Shown: one piece after another, positions 38,477-48,267 of the stretch
Position numbering within the stretch: position 1 is the stretch's first letter
Layout of the letters: each line of letters begins with the position of its first letter
Source of the DNA: a virus
Length of the DNA stretch: 64,000 nt
Reading direction: 5' to 3' (one strand)
IMG/VR virus record: IMGVR_UViG_3300021507_000001
Location: 5,105 to 69,104 of that record
Notes under the pieces: generated by a model
What the model saw: the letters and a program-made list of their open reading frames with translations, nothing else
Databases searched by the model: none
Told to the model about the DNA's origin: nothing
Position numbers and translations under genes: made by a program

Positions 38477-39763
38477 ATGCAGCGAAAGGAAGCTGACTTT
38501 AGATTTGCAAGCTCCTTTTTGCGTCGAGAGGGTGAGGATAACGACGCCCCGCTCAATCGATTAGCTGCTTTGCCAGTACCTATCGAGGCCGAGATGTTGA
38601 CAGCCCCCCACTCGCGGAAGCTTTATGAAGTAATCCTTAAGTATGCCGCCAAGCGGCTATCGCTAACACCACAGTTGGCAGCTGAGCTGATTGAGTGGCC
38701 CAAGCTGCTTACTCTGATAGCAGACACACAGAGCGATGCTTTCATGGTCTATGCCGAACAAGTATTGCACTTTGCGCAACTGGAAGAGGTGCGTGGCGCA
38801 GCCGAAGACATCACTCAGGCCGCCGCCGCCGATGATCCGGGAGCTGCCGTTAGCGAAATGGCCCGTCGAGTAGCCATGATCCGCATGAATCAAACAGACC
38901 GCATTGGTTCTGCGGCAGAACACGCGCTGGCCTTCCGTAAAGAGTTCGCTCGAGACCAAGAAAACTTGCGCACCGGCAAAACGCACTTCACTTGGCCTAC
39001 CAATAAGCTGAATGAATACATCCCCATGGTGATGGCCGGCTGGATGATCTTGCTCACCGCAGAAAGCAAAATTGGGAAAACGAGCTTCGCGTCTCAAATT
39101 GCAGACTGGAACGCCACCAAGAACAAGCTGTGCGGTGTCTACTTCCACTTTGAAGACACCCCCAAGATGATGTCGTACCGCCGCATGGCGCGGCGCAACA
39201 TGCTGCAATCACGCAGTGCGCGGGCTGATCCCTCCATGAGAGACATGATGTCCACCGTGCTCTCTGGTGGAAAACGCAAGATCATCGAGCGTACCATTGA
39301 CGAAGTACGGTCCTGGGGGAACAATCTCATCGAGGTGTACTCGGCGGGCTGGACAATGGCGCAAGTGGTGCGTACCTTCTTGCACTTGCATACCAAACAC
39401 AAGATGGATTTCTTCGTGGTGGACTATCTCAATAAAGCCGAGCTGTCACCGGAGACATTGAAAGCCCATGGTGGCCCATGGGGTGGCCGTGGGCACGACG
39501 CTGAATTGCTCAAGCGCACCGCCGAGGCAACAGGAACCGTTGGGCTGCTCTTGCAACAGGAAGTGAAGGGGGTGCCCTATGAGACCAAGATGGGCATACA
39601 AAAATCGCAGGTCTGGTTATCGTTAGACCGCGATCCACTGGACGGGGGAGGGTACGGCCCCTATGGGCACATAGTTGTGCGTGCTGCGAATATGGGACAA
39701 ACAGGTGCTATCGCGGCAATGTTTGACCATAGAGCTATGATGTGGACAGAAACAGAAGCATGA
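38477..39763 (+). CDS. DnaB-like replicative helicase
   Basis: Walker A AESKIGKT, YFHFED, VVDYL, SF4 layout. Confidence 0.85.
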   Translation: MQRKEADFRFASSFLRREGEDNDAPLNRLAALPVPIEAEMLTAPHSRKLYEVILKYAAKRLSLTPQLAAELIEWPKLLTLIADTQSDAFMVYAEQVLHFAQLEEVRGAAEDITQAAAADDPGAAVSEMARRVAMIRMNQTDRIGSAAEHALAFRKEFARDQENLRTGKTHFTWPTNKLNEYIPMVMAGWMILLTAESKIGKTSFASQIADWNATKNKLCGVYFHFEDTPKMMSYRRMARRNMLQSRSARADPSMRDMMSTVLSGGKRKIIERTIDEVRSWGNNLIEVYSAGWTMAQVVRTFLHLHTKHKMDFFVVDYLNKAELSPETLKAHGGPWGGRGHDAELLKRTAEATGTVGLLLQQEVKGVPYETKMGIQKSQVWLSLDRDPLDGGGYGPYGHIVVRAANMGQTGAIAAMFDHRAMMWTETEA

Positions 39764-39839
39764 TGACCTTAACTGTTTTTGTATTCCCAATTGATATGTA
39801 TTTAGCACCAGAAGAAAATCACCAAGAGAAAAAGGGGGG

Positions 39840-40457
39840 ATGAATGCAATGGATATAATTATTCGGCCCGACAAAGCAGAGACAGATATTCTGTCCTGGC
39901 TACAAACCGCAACAGACAAACACAAGGGACGACCGGCCCTTGGATGTATTCACAAACGCGGCAAACAAGTAGAGGCAGCCGACGGCTTTGTGCTATTCAG
40001 GGCAGACTGCCCGGCGTGTCTAGATACCGTCGATGCTGATTTGTTTCAGATTGATGACGGAAAACGTATAAGCAAAGTTGTCAAACCACACACATTGAGT
40101 ATTGACGAAGAAAAACTAGTCTTCCCTGACACCACCAAAATCTGCCCCACAAGCAAACCGCTAGTTACCTTTGCAATTGATCCCAAGTTTTTGGAGCAGG
40201 CGATAAAGATGCCCGGCGACGGCAAGTCATATATCACCATTTCGGTTTGGGGGCGGCGCCATCCGATTTTAATCACTGGTGATTATGTCGCCAATGCTAC
40301 CGCCCTAGTCATGCCAGCATGGCCCGACTCACAAGACAAAACCCTGGAAGATGTCATAGAATGGATTCGAGTTAACCACCCAGATGTTTTTCGCCAGGGA
40401 ATGGTGGAGGTGTTTGGGGAAGGTGAGGCCAATAATGACCAAGCTAAGTCTGCTTAG
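39840..40457 (+). CDS. partial sliding-clamp (beta)-like protein
   Basis: RPALGCI...AADGFVL, IDPKFL, PILI, ALVMP. Confidence 0.6.
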   Translation: MNAMDIIIRPDKAETDILSWLQTATDKHKGRPALGCIHKRGKQVEAADGFVLFRADCPACLDTVDADLFQIDDGKRISKVVKPHTLSIDEEKLVFPDTTKICPTSKPLVTFAIDPKFLEQAIKMPGDGKSYITISVWGRRHPILITGDYVANATALVMPAWPDSQDKTLEDVIEWIRVNHPDVFRQGMVEVFGEGEANNDQAKSA

Positions 40458-40701
40458 CAAGGTGGCCCAGATTGTTGATTCTGGTGATATAAACCCAAAT
40501 TACAATATAGACTATGGCGGCGAGCATGATGATTCCTTACTTACTGTGGCTATCTCGAACCCACGCAGCGTATCGTTCTTCGTCAACGCGGGTCTTCCCA
40601 ATGAGACGGTCTCCGTCTTGCCAGCCAATGAGGTTTGGGTCTTGGTAAAGCAGTTACTGGGCTGGCTATCTCAAAATGAATCACCAGGAGAACGGCAATG
40701 A
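40435..40701 (+). CDS. hypothetical protein
   Basis: Coupled ORF. Confidence 0.45.
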   Translation: MTKLSLLSKVAQIVDSGDINPNYNIDYGGEHDDSLLTVAISNPRSVSFFVNAGLPNETVSVLPANEVWVLVKQLLGWLSQNESPGERQ

Positions 40702-41213
40702 ATAACATCACCGTCGCCACCAACGACGAAGGTAAGATTCTTGTCACGATCAACACATACGACTTGTGGGACGCTCTTTCAGCAGAAGACAAGGAAAGTA
40801 TTCTGGCCGATGCGGCGGCCTGGGCAGTTGTAAAAGACGCTCTAGATTATGAACTAGGAAAGAGCTACGCAGCGCCCAATTTTAATCCTTCAATCTTCGA
40901 ATTGCGAAAACTTATCGTTACAGACCCGGGTCTTCTATCAGATATTGTGGTGTCTTTTATCAAGCAAGTCGTTGAAGAGTGGGCCATAGCTGAAGAGAAA
41001 CGGTGGAAGGCAAAAAGCGCATTCTGGAAACTGTATCGCCAGATTAAAGACTATGATCGCTATAACCACATTTGCGAACGGCTGAAAATAGACACACCGT
41101 TTGGTGAAGACGACGACCATATGTGCATTAGCGTCGACGAGACTCGCGCAAAGATCATGAAAAGATTTGGCGATCTTCTTGACACCACACAGGAAGGGTC
41201 GCCAGGGGAATAG
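40698..41213 (+). CDS. hypothetical protein
   Basis: AGGAG RBS, ATGA overlap. Confidence 0.6.
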   Translation: MNNITVATNDEGKILVTINTYDLWDALSAEDKESILADAAAWAVVKDALDYELGKSYAAPNFNPSIFELRKLIVTDPGLLSDIVVSFIKQVVEEWAIAEEKRWKAKSAFWKLYRQIKDYDRYNHICERLKIDTPFGEDDDHMCISVDETRAKIMKRFGDLLDTTQEGSPGE

Positions 41214-41215
41214 CA

Positions 41216-42127
41216 ATGGTTGCTGTCGAGCAATTTCTGTCTAGCTGCCAGCGCGTGTCACATAACGAGTACCACTGTCCTTGTCCATTTCACAATCGCG
41301 GGAAAGACCGCTTCATTGTATGGACAGACCGTGGTAACTGGCTGTGTCCTCGTTGGCATTGTGCTGATTGTCCAGGTACGCCAGATGCCAGGACTGGTGG
41401 CATGAAGGGTTGGCTAGACCAGATAGACCAAGGCTTCGTGGTTAGCAAACCCACAACTTCTGCCGCAGAATATCACTTACCCACTATGGCACTGGTGCTA
41501 AAATACGCCGGTCAGCTAGACCTACCCACCCTTACCTATTTGCGTGGTAGGGGTATTGGTCTGTCTGCCGCCAAAAGGTTTTACCTGGGGACTACAGGAA
41601 AACGACTGACCATTCCTAATCTGGTCAGGGAAAACGGACATCTCAAATGCCTGGGCATCAAGAAGCGCTGGCTGGGCCGGGAGGCAACCGGTCGGTTCAA
41701 GTACATTGTTGAACCAGGCTCGATGGGGTTATCTCTGTTTAACTCGGATCAGCTACGGAATCACCAGTGGAACCGCATGTTTGTGGTGGAAGGGCCGCTG
41801 GACAATATTCTGCTAGCGCGCTTGGGAATTCCTTGCATCTCTCCCTTCGGTGGGGGCGATGTGTGGGATGAGCGATGGAGTGTCTGGGTAACAGAGCACG
41901 TCGACACTCTTATCCATATCATGGATAGGGACGAAAACCACCAGGGAGAACACCATGCCCACCACCGCGCCGAGAGAATAGGCGCCGACGTTCAACATAG
42001 ATTCACCTTTTCTCCTGGTGAAAATAACGACATCACTGCTGCCTGGCAAGCACGGCGTGACCAGAGGGGACGGCTACAAGCCGACGCGGACTTGACGAGA
42101 TGGCTAAAACAAATAGCATTGGAGTAG
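41216..42127 (+). CDS. DNA primase (Zn finger plus TOPRIM)
   Basis: CPFH, YLRGRGI, VVEGPLD, MDRD, NNDI. Confidence 0.85.
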   Translation: MVAVEQFLSSCQRVSHNEYHCPCPFHNRGKDRFIVWTDRGNWLCPRWHCADCPGTPDARTGGMKGWLDQIDQGFVVSKPTTSAAEYHLPTMALVLKYAGQLDLPTLTYLRGRGIGLSAAKRFYLGTTGKRLTIPNLVRENGHLKCLGIKKRWLGREATGRFKYIVEPGSMGLSLFNSDQLRNHQWNRMFVVEGPLDNILLARLGIPCISPFGGGDVWDERWSVWVTEHVDTLIHIMDRDENHQGEHHAHHRAERIGADVQHRFTFSPGENNDITAAWQARRDQRGRLQADADLTRWLKQIALE

Positions 42128-42128
42128 A

Positions 42129-42395
42129 ATGATGGCTAGCTTACCACTATACACTAGTGGGGTTCTGTGTCGTTTTGGGAGCGGCGCCTTCGTCAAGACG
42201 GTCTCTGAAGCTATCGCAGCATACCGGCGTAGATTCGGCGCTGATCCTGACGTGTGTTACCTGCGCGCCGGGCAGACAGCCCTGAAAGATGGAGGGCACA
42301 TGAACGGTCTGTGCTTTAAGTTCGCCGATAACATTTCACCCAACTACTTATGGGTGGCAAGAGAGAGCAAATGTACAAATCTAAGCAAGTCATAG
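42129..42395 (+). CDS. hypothetical protein
   Basis: Coupled ORF. Confidence 0.55.
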   Translation: MMASLPLYTSGVLCRFGSGAFVKTVSEAIAAYRRRFGADPDVCYLRAGQTALKDGGHMNGLCFKFADNISPNYLWVARESKCTNLSKS

Positions 42396-42901
42396 ATATA
42401 GAAGGGCAAATTGGGGTTGGGATTGCGATGCTTAACCGAGACCGCTTTGCTCCACTCAATATCGACAGACGACGCCATCGTGTGGTTGATTTGGTGAGTA
42501 GCTTGATGTACAATTTGGGCTACGAAGTAACACCAGCAATGGTGGGTATGATCGACTGGATATACCGTGACCTGGTGCACCCTGAGATGTGGGGCAGTGT
42601 CAAGAGCATCCCCTATTTCAAGCGGGCACTGTATGAGAAAGAGGTTCTGCCAGGTAGACTGCTAAACCGTGCAGAGCGGCGCGCAGTTAAGGACACTGGG
42701 CTAAGCCGCGTGGGTGACTTCATTCGGCTAGAAGACTATGCTATGTCAGAAATTGATCTGGCTGCGCGTACCACCAAGAAAGTGGTAGATAGACCGGTGT
42801 TGCTGGCTTGGGCTAAAGAGAAATACGTTGTTGTCTGGCTACATGCACTGGCGCATTTCTACTATAACCTCACCGCCCCCCTGGTGCGCGTGAGAACCTA
42901 G
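42371..42901 (+). CDS. hypothetical protein
   Basis: ORF in operon. Confidence 0.55.
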   Translation: MYKSKQVIDIEGQIGVGIAMLNRDRFAPLNIDRRRHRVVDLVSSLMYNLGYEVTPAMVGMIDWIYRDLVHPEMWGSVKSIPYFKRALYEKEVLPGRLLNRAERRAVKDTGLSRVGDFIRLEDYAMSEIDLAARTTKKVVDRPVLLAWAKEKYVVVWLHALAHFYYNLTAPLVRVRT

Positions 42902-42916
42902 GAAAAAGGAGAACGG

Positions 42917-43174
42917 GTGATTCACAAAAAAGCAACCAAGGCCATCAAGCGGGCGGGTATTGAACGCCTGGAGATTCACATACTGAATCTTCACTTCGAG
43001 GCTACTGACGACTGGCCGGAGTTTATCTGTAAGGCGTTGCCAGTCGATACCAGGGCCGGGAAATTCCAGCGCGCGAAGTGTTTTCGCTCCTGGGAGAAAT
43101 GTGTCGAGGCGGTACTAGAGGGCTATCGACCCACCATTATTGAGGAGAACACAAAACTGTTAAGCTATTGGTGA
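42917..43174 (+). CDS. hypothetical protein
   Basis: AAGGAG RBS. Confidence 0.55.
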   Translation: MIHKKATKAIKRAGIERLEIHILNLHFEATDDWPEFICKALPVDTRAGKFQRAKCFRSWEKCVEAVLEGYRPTIIEENTKLLSYW

Positions 43175-43186
43175 AGGAGAAATAGT

Positions 43187-43609
43187 ATGGAAACCATTTA
43201 TGCAGTAGACAATGGTGAAGAGTATGAGGATTATCGTGTCGTTGCCTGTTTCACTACACCAGAAAAGCAAACCGCGTTCTTGGCAAAGTATCGTGAATTA
43301 GAGAAAGATGCGGGCCTGACCAATCTTCCTCTCGACCCCGAGCCGCCACGGACCGTTCATGTCACTAGAGTAAATATAGCACGTGATGGTTCTGCTACTG
43401 CGAAAGTGACAACCAGATATACGTGGAGTAGCAAAATAGCTGGTTTTTGGGGATACGACAAGAATCACATGCGGTATAGTGTACTGACAGACAACGAAGC
43501 CGACGCCATCCATTTTGTGAGGCGTATAGTGAAACAGATTGTTGACCGAGGCATGTGGGGAGACGAAGAAGCCACACGTGCCGCAATTGAAAATGGAGAG
43601 ATTCTATGA
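43187..43609 (+). CDS. hypothetical protein
   Basis: AAGGAG RBS. Confidence 0.6.
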   Translation: METIYAVDNGEEYEDYRVVACFTTPEKQTAFLAKYRELEKDAGLTNLPLDPEPPRTVHVTRVNIARDGSATAKVTTRYTWSSKIAGFWGYDKNHMRYSVLTDNEADAIHFVRRIVKQIVDRGMWGDEEATRAAIENGEIL

Positions 43610-43950
43610 ACAAGAAGCTGACAGATGTACAGATGTTGCAGGCGCACTTTGCACGCTATGTCGATATGGACCCGGATGTCAACGACTTGCCGGAAGACAA
43701 GCGAGCTCGGGCCTGGGCTAAGACTGTGTGTGATCCGTTGGAGGAACCGGAATTCGTGGCACGTTGTGTGGAAGATTACTTGGTGGGCAAAGAAGTCTTG
43801 GCACTCTACACCCTCTCGTACTCTCCCCGCTTTAGAGCCGCTCCACCAGAAACACCGCCAGAGTATGCTTGTAGCATTGTGGTGGACGCTGGTTATATAG
43901 CCTTTGACCGTGCGTATCAAGTAGCACGATTCAAACCACGGGAGGAATGA
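43606..43950 (+). CDS. hypothetical protein
   Basis: ATGA overlap. Confidence 0.55.
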   Translation: MNKKLTDVQMLQAHFARYVDMDPDVNDLPEDKRARAWAKTVCDPLEEPEFVARCVEDYLVGKEVLALYTLSYSPRFRAAPPETPPEYACSIVVDAGYIAFDRAYQVARFKPREE

Positions 43951-43953
43951 GCG

Positions 43954-44460
43954 ATGGATTTAGATCAGGCATTACACAATATGGCGTGGGGAACCATGAC
44001 GTTAAAGGAGCTCGCTGGTTTTCAGGACGCCTTGTGGGAGCAGGGCGTCGATCATATTTTAAAGCAGGCGCGCCCTGTACAAGAAAAGATCACCAAGAGT
44101 GTAGCGCAGCGGGGGTATGGCCCTGGTGGTCTTGCGCCTGCTGCTTATGCGGCCAAGCAAATGTGCAAAGCTGTTGAGGAGATAGCAGAGCTAGCGAGCT
44201 GTTTCCGCCTGCCCGAATACCTGGCGCGAAGCATCAGCGTAACAGGAGCAATAGCCAGACACTACTTCGATGACCAAGAAGTATGGACAAGAACCTCTCT
44301 TGACGATGAGAAAAGTTCTGCGGCAGAACTAGCAGATGTGCTCATCCCGCTTCTGGTATGCGCCACCGCTCTAGACATTGACGCCTTGGACGAAGCAGAA
44401 AAGAAAGCGTCTGCCGACATACAACGTGGAGTGCGTGGAGAGAAAGCCGCTGCCCCCTAG
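43954..44460 (+). CDS. MazG-like NTP pyrophosphohydrolase
   Basis: KAVEEIAEL...AAELADV pattern. Confidence 0.65.
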   Translation: MDLDQALHNMAWGTMTLKELAGFQDALWEQGVDHILKQARPVQEKITKSVAQRGYGPGGLAPAAYAAKQMCKAVEEIAELASCFRLPEYLARSISVTGAIARHYFDDQEVWTRTSLDDEKSSAAELADVLIPLLVCATALDIDALDEAEKKASADIQRGVRGEKAAAP

Positions 44461-44525
44461 GGCAAGGCGGCGGCGACAATAAGAAGGGGAGCACCACGAA
44501 GAACATAAAAACTGATTACGACCTA

Positions 44526-44771
44526 GTGTACTTTAAAAGAGTAGACTGGGATGACTTGAGCAAAAATCATCAATTTGTATGTTACGGCAAATACGATGAT
44601 GGGGATTATGAAATTGGCAGGATCGGACGTCGTCCAGACTGGCAGCGGTATTGTTTCTTTCCCATTGAACGGACTGCTTATATTCCAGAGCTTTTAGAAA
44701 ACATTACTCAGTTCTTAAAAGTTCTAGAGGAACTACCACCGCCAAAGGAAAATGAGCCATGGAAGACATAA
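44526..44771 (+). CDS. hypothetical protein
   Basis: ORF in operon; start uncertain. Confidence 0.45.
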   Translation: MYFKRVDWDDLSKNHQFVCYGKYDDGDYEIGRIGRRPDWQRYCFFPIERTAYIPELLENITQFLKVLEELPPPKENEPWKT

Positions 44772-45019
44772 CGATACGAAAAATAACCTTCTGGGTTAAA
44801 GAGGAAGGTGTTCGCAAACGATGGGTTGCCACTGCCCCCATTGAAGTTCCTGGTTGCTGGGACGACATGACAAAAGATGATCAGCACAAATACTTAGCCA
44901 AGCCTGTCCATACCATTTCTCGCCTGGGGTACACCTTACACAACGTATCGTATTTCCAGTTTGAGGCGGGCATCTTCGACAACGTGACCGACTTCGACTT
45001 TGAGACAAGTTTCCCATGA
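44759..45019 (+). CDS. hypothetical protein
   Basis: Coupled ORF. Confidence 0.5.
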   Translation: MEDITIRKITFWVKEEGVRKRWVATAPIEVPGCWDDMTKDDQHKYLAKPVHTISRLGYTLHNVSYFQFEAGIFDNVTDFDFETSFP

Positions 45020-45468
45020 GAACAACCCTTATTGTTCTGGTGATGTTGTTACTGTCTACGCCAGTGAGTGCCCGCATCATCGACGAACCAACTCCGTACA
45101 GATCGGCATCACACTGGGCCACTCCAGCCTGGCAGCGGTATGCCGGACACATTGTGGCTGGCGAAAGCCCGGCTGGGTGTCAGGAGTGTGATCAGGTTAT
45201 TGCCTGTACCCTAATCAACGATGTCAAGCGGGGCTATTCTCCCTGGCGGTTACATCCCGGACGCTGGCATGGGTGGAGAAAACATGTAACACCAGCGCAA
45301 CAACGGGCTGTTTCCCTGGCGGTCACAACTAATGTTTGCTTCTCCTTGCCTGTATGTAAGTTCTTGGGCAATGCTAGAGACTTCCAGTACAACTGGACGC
45401 ACTTAGGCCCCGGCACGGTTTGGGGCAATCGTAATGGACTAGTAATCTGTGTAGAGGAGGAGAGATAA
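45016..45468 (+). CDS. secreted protein, SleB/Hydrolase_2-like
   Basis: Signal peptide; IVAGES...VIACTLIN. Confidence 0.5.
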   Translation: MRTTLIVLVMLLLSTPVSARIIDEPTPYRSASHWATPAWQRYAGHIVAGESPAGCQECDQVIACTLINDVKRGYSPWRLHPGRWHGWRKHVTPAQQRAVSLAVTTNVCFSLPVCKFLGNARDFQYNWTHLGPGTVWGNRNGLVICVEEER

Positions 45469-45956
45469 TGAATCTGAGAGAGAAATTGGGTTTGTGGTTG
45501 ATGTTGATTATTATCTTTGTGGCACTGGGCGAATGGACGGCTTTTTCGCCTGGTGTTTCCTTCTTCTTCTACGTCGTGTTCGCAATCGGCGGTGCCCTCT
45601 TCATGGATCCTGAGGCATAGGAGTAAAACCGATGTACTACGAAGAACTCGAAGAGATCATCGAGAAACTGTAAGACAGTACGGAAGATGAGACCGGCACA
45701 ATAGAATTTGACATCAAGCGCGCCATTGAGTTTTTAGAAGATGCTCTCGCAGAGATGGCGTGGTAAATACGACATACCGTCTAACTATCATAATTGACCT
45801 GATGATAGAAGATGGCACACCTCTACTGTGCTCTCGATACACTGGCGCAGCAATCGCATTGTCTAGTGCAGATGATGTTATTGATCTAGCTCATGCTTTA
45901 AGACTACTGATTGAAGAGTGGGAACACCAGGATAAAAAGCCCAACTGGGCAGCCGC

Positions 45957-45985
45957 TTGACGGACGTGGATGTGTGTAGTATAAT
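45957..45985 (+). promoter_or_regulatory. sigma70 promoter upstream of initiator
   Basis: TTGACG-17-TATAAT. Confidence 0.8.
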
Positions 45986-46021
45986 ACAGGCGGTTGAGGA
46001 CGCAACCGCCGAAACAGCTAT

Positions 46022-46057
46022 AAGCCCCAGGTGAGCGTCCTCTCACTTGGGGCTTTT
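46022..46057 (+). terminator. leader terminator/attenuator
   Basis: 14-bp stem followed by T run. Confidence 0.7.
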
Positions 46058-46101
46058 GCACTACTTGGGAGAATAACGATGAGATACAATAGGAACACAA
46101 A

Positions 46102-46878
46102 ATGACAGACAGAACACGTATAGTCCCCGAGGAATCACCACGCACGTATTTTACTATGATACCTAATTTAGTAGACGACCTCAATTTTCTTACTCCATTT
46201 GCCTATCGACTCTATGCTCACCTCCGGCGCGTGGCCGGCGAGAATGGTGCCTGTTGGCAAAACACCAATACTCTAGCTAGTAGCTGTAACATGTCTGCCG
46301 GTAGTGTCTCAAAGGCCAAGCGGGAATTGGCAGCTGCTGACCTGATTCACATTGAGAAAAAAAGTGGCCCCAACGGTCTCTATGATTACATCACCATTTT
46401 GAACATCTGGCAGTTAAACCACGATCACTTCACTGATTCACAGAATGAACAACCTACTCCACCTCGTTCACCTCATGAACGACCTCGTTCACCAGGTGAA
46501 CGACCTCGTTCACCTGGTGAAACAAAGAAGAACTCTTTAAGAAAATCCCTTGAAGAAGAAGATGAGCGCGCTCCGCGCGCGCCCGCTTCTTGGTTTTCAA
46601 CTTTGGCGAAGACTTGCGCTATAGACCTCGCCGTGGCTACAGAACCGCAGAAACGCCAGGTGCAACAGTCAGCACAAATGTTATCCTCTTCTCCTGGTGC
46701 TGCCCTTTCTGATCTATCACAGTTCAGGGACTGGTGGAGCAAACACGACTGGCGCGGTAAAAAAGGTGACATCCCCACACCAGCACAAGTGCGTGCCGAA
46801 TGGGGAAAGTTCAGGGAGTACCTACGCCGAAATAGCAGCTCTGTCCCACCAGGGCTTGACCTGCGTAGCCAGATATGA
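46102..46878 (+). CDS. replication initiator (wHTH N-domain, lambda O-like layout)
   Basis: FTMIPN, AYRLY, CWQNTNTLA, VSKAKREL; internal repeats. Confidence 0.8.
   Translation: MTDRTRIVPEESPRTYFTMIPNLVDDLNFLTPFAYRLYAHLRRVAGENGACWQNTNTLASSCNMSAGSVSKAKRELAAADLIHIEKKSGPNGLYDYITILNIWQLNHDHFTDSQNEQPTPPRSPHERPRSPGERPRSPGETKKNSLRKSLEEEDERAPRAPASWFSTLAKTCAIDLAVATEPQKRQVQQSAQMLSSSPGAALSDLSQFRDWWSKHDWRGKKGDIPTPAQVRAEWGKFREYLRRNSSSVPPGLDLRSQI
46461..46520. repeat. three 21-bp iteron-like repeats (probable origin)
   Basis: ACCTCGTTCACC core x3; includes CGTTCACC-A-GGTGAACG palindrome. Confidence 0.7.
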
Positions 46879-46896
46879 TTCTGCCGCAGAAGCCAC

Positions 46897-46924
46897 TTGA
46901 CACCCCGTGGCTCCGTGTTACAAT
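46897..46924 (+). promoter_or_regulatory. sigma70 promoter
   Basis: TTGACA-16-TACAAT with extended TG; 13-bp palindrome just upstream. Confidence 0.7.
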
Positions 46925-46953
46925 ACAACCATCAATCACAGGAGGTGTAACCG

Positions 46954-47106
46954 ATGGAGTACACAGTATTTGTATCACTTAGATGTCCGGCCTGGCTGGA
47001 TCGAGAAGTGCGGATCGAGGCGGCTAAGCACGACATGAACCGCTCGCAGTTCATCATCGCCGCGCTGCAAGAGAAGATACAGCGAGTCCGTCAAGAAGAA
47101 AAATAA
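46954..47106 (+). CDS. ribbon-helix-helix protein (50 aa, not in ORF track)
   Basis: AGGAGGTG RBS; VSLRCPAWLDREVRIEAAKHDMNRSQFIIAAL. Confidence 0.75.
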   Translation: MEYTVFVSLRCPAWLDREVRIEAAKHDMNRSQFIIAALQEKIQRVRQEEK

Positions 47107-47888
47107 TGGCAATCATAGCCATTGCGGTATACGATACCGTTGAAAACAACCGCTCGAAAATGACCCTAGCTACCCTCAGGTCACTGGCGAAGACGGTGGA
47201 CTGGAATCGCCATAGGCTCTTCATCTCCGACAATGGCTCGTGTGACGAAACCCTCCAAATCTACGTGGATATGGCTCACGAGCTGCCGTTTACCCTGCTA
47301 CTAAACGGTGAGAACTTAGGGACTGCAGCAGCAATCAACAAAGCCTGGAAACACCGCAATCCTGGCGAGGCCGCAGTGAAGATGGACAATGATGTAACGA
47401 TTGCTCAGGCTGGTTGGGCAGACTGGATGGAAGATGTGTTCGACCGTGACCCGGCTATCGGCATTTGTGGCCTGAAACGGAAAGACCTGGGTGAGTGCCC
47501 TTGGGGAACCGGGGCCATGCGTTCGACGTTACACATGCTACGCCATCAACCGGGGCAGCGCTGGTTAGTGGTGGAGAAAGTACACCATGTCATGGGAACG
47601 GTACAAGGCTATAGCTCCAAGTTACTCGACGAGATTGGCTACTTGTACCAAATACAGAACGAGGGCAACAAGTATGGATTTGATGACAGCCTGGCCTCAG
47701 TGCGCGCGCACCTGGCGGGTTACTCTACTGTATTCCTGTGTGGCTTCGAGATTGAGCACATAGACCCTGGTGGAGATGCTTACTGTAAAGAGAAGAAAGA
47801 GATCGCCAGGAAGTGGATGACACGCTATCAAGAAGTTGTCAAGGAATATCGCAGCGGCAAGCGACCTCTCTATTGGAGTGATAAATAG
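47106..47888 (+). CDS. glycosyltransferase family 2 (GT-A)
   Basis: ISDNGS, NLGTAAAIN, MDND, GFDD. Confidence 0.85.
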   Translation: MAIIAIAVYDTVENNRSKMTLATLRSLAKTVDWNRHRLFISDNGSCDETLQIYVDMAHELPFTLLLNGENLGTAAAINKAWKHRNPGEAAVKMDNDVTIAQAGWADWMEDVFDRDPAIGICGLKRKDLGECPWGTGAMRSTLHMLRHQPGQRWLVVEKVHHVMGTVQGYSSKLLDEIGYLYQIQNEGNKYGFDDSLASVRAHLAGYSTVFLCGFEIEHIDPGGDAYCKEKKEIARKWMTRYQEVVKEYRSGKRPLYWSDK

Positions 47889-47896
47889 GAGAACAG

Positions 47897-48178
47897 ATGA
47901 ACAGGAAACACAAATTTACACCCGGCCCCTGGCGAATCAGCAAGAAGAGCGACGCGGTTATCGCTGACTCGACAGAAAGTCTTTGCATACCCGGCTCATT
48001 TGGCGACGATGCCAAAGAATACTATGGAGGCAACCTAATAGGAGAAAGCATCGCTCCTGGCAACCGTAATTTGATTCGGCTGGCACCAGAGATGTTCAGC
48101 CTGCTGAACACAATTTCTGCCAATGACCCTGTGTGGGAAGAGATCATCACCTTACTTTTGTCAAGAGTAGATATGTGA
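47897..48178 (+). CDS. hypothetical phage protein
   Basis: TPGPW...NRNLIRLAPEM motif; RBS. Confidence 0.65.
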   Translation: MNRKHKFTPGPWRISKKSDAVIADSTESLCIPGSFGDDAKEYYGGNLIGESIAPGNRNLIRLAPEMFSLLNTISANDPVWEEIITLLLSRVDM

Positions 48179-48183
48179 CCAAT

Positions 48184-48267
48184 GGCCCCGGCTGGACAAG
48201 CGCGACAATGCCAGCGAAGCGGTAAACATCCTACGTGATGCAATGGGTTCAATTCCCATCGGGGCCA
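48184..48267 (+). ncRNA. tRNA-like RNA with non-canonical core
   Basis: GGCCCCG/CGGGGCC plus discriminator A; ATGGG-TTCAATT-CCCAT T arm. Confidence 0.55.

Noticed and set aside
48184-48267. tmRNA fragment
   Set aside because: No G3-U70 alanine identity pair and no tag reading frame
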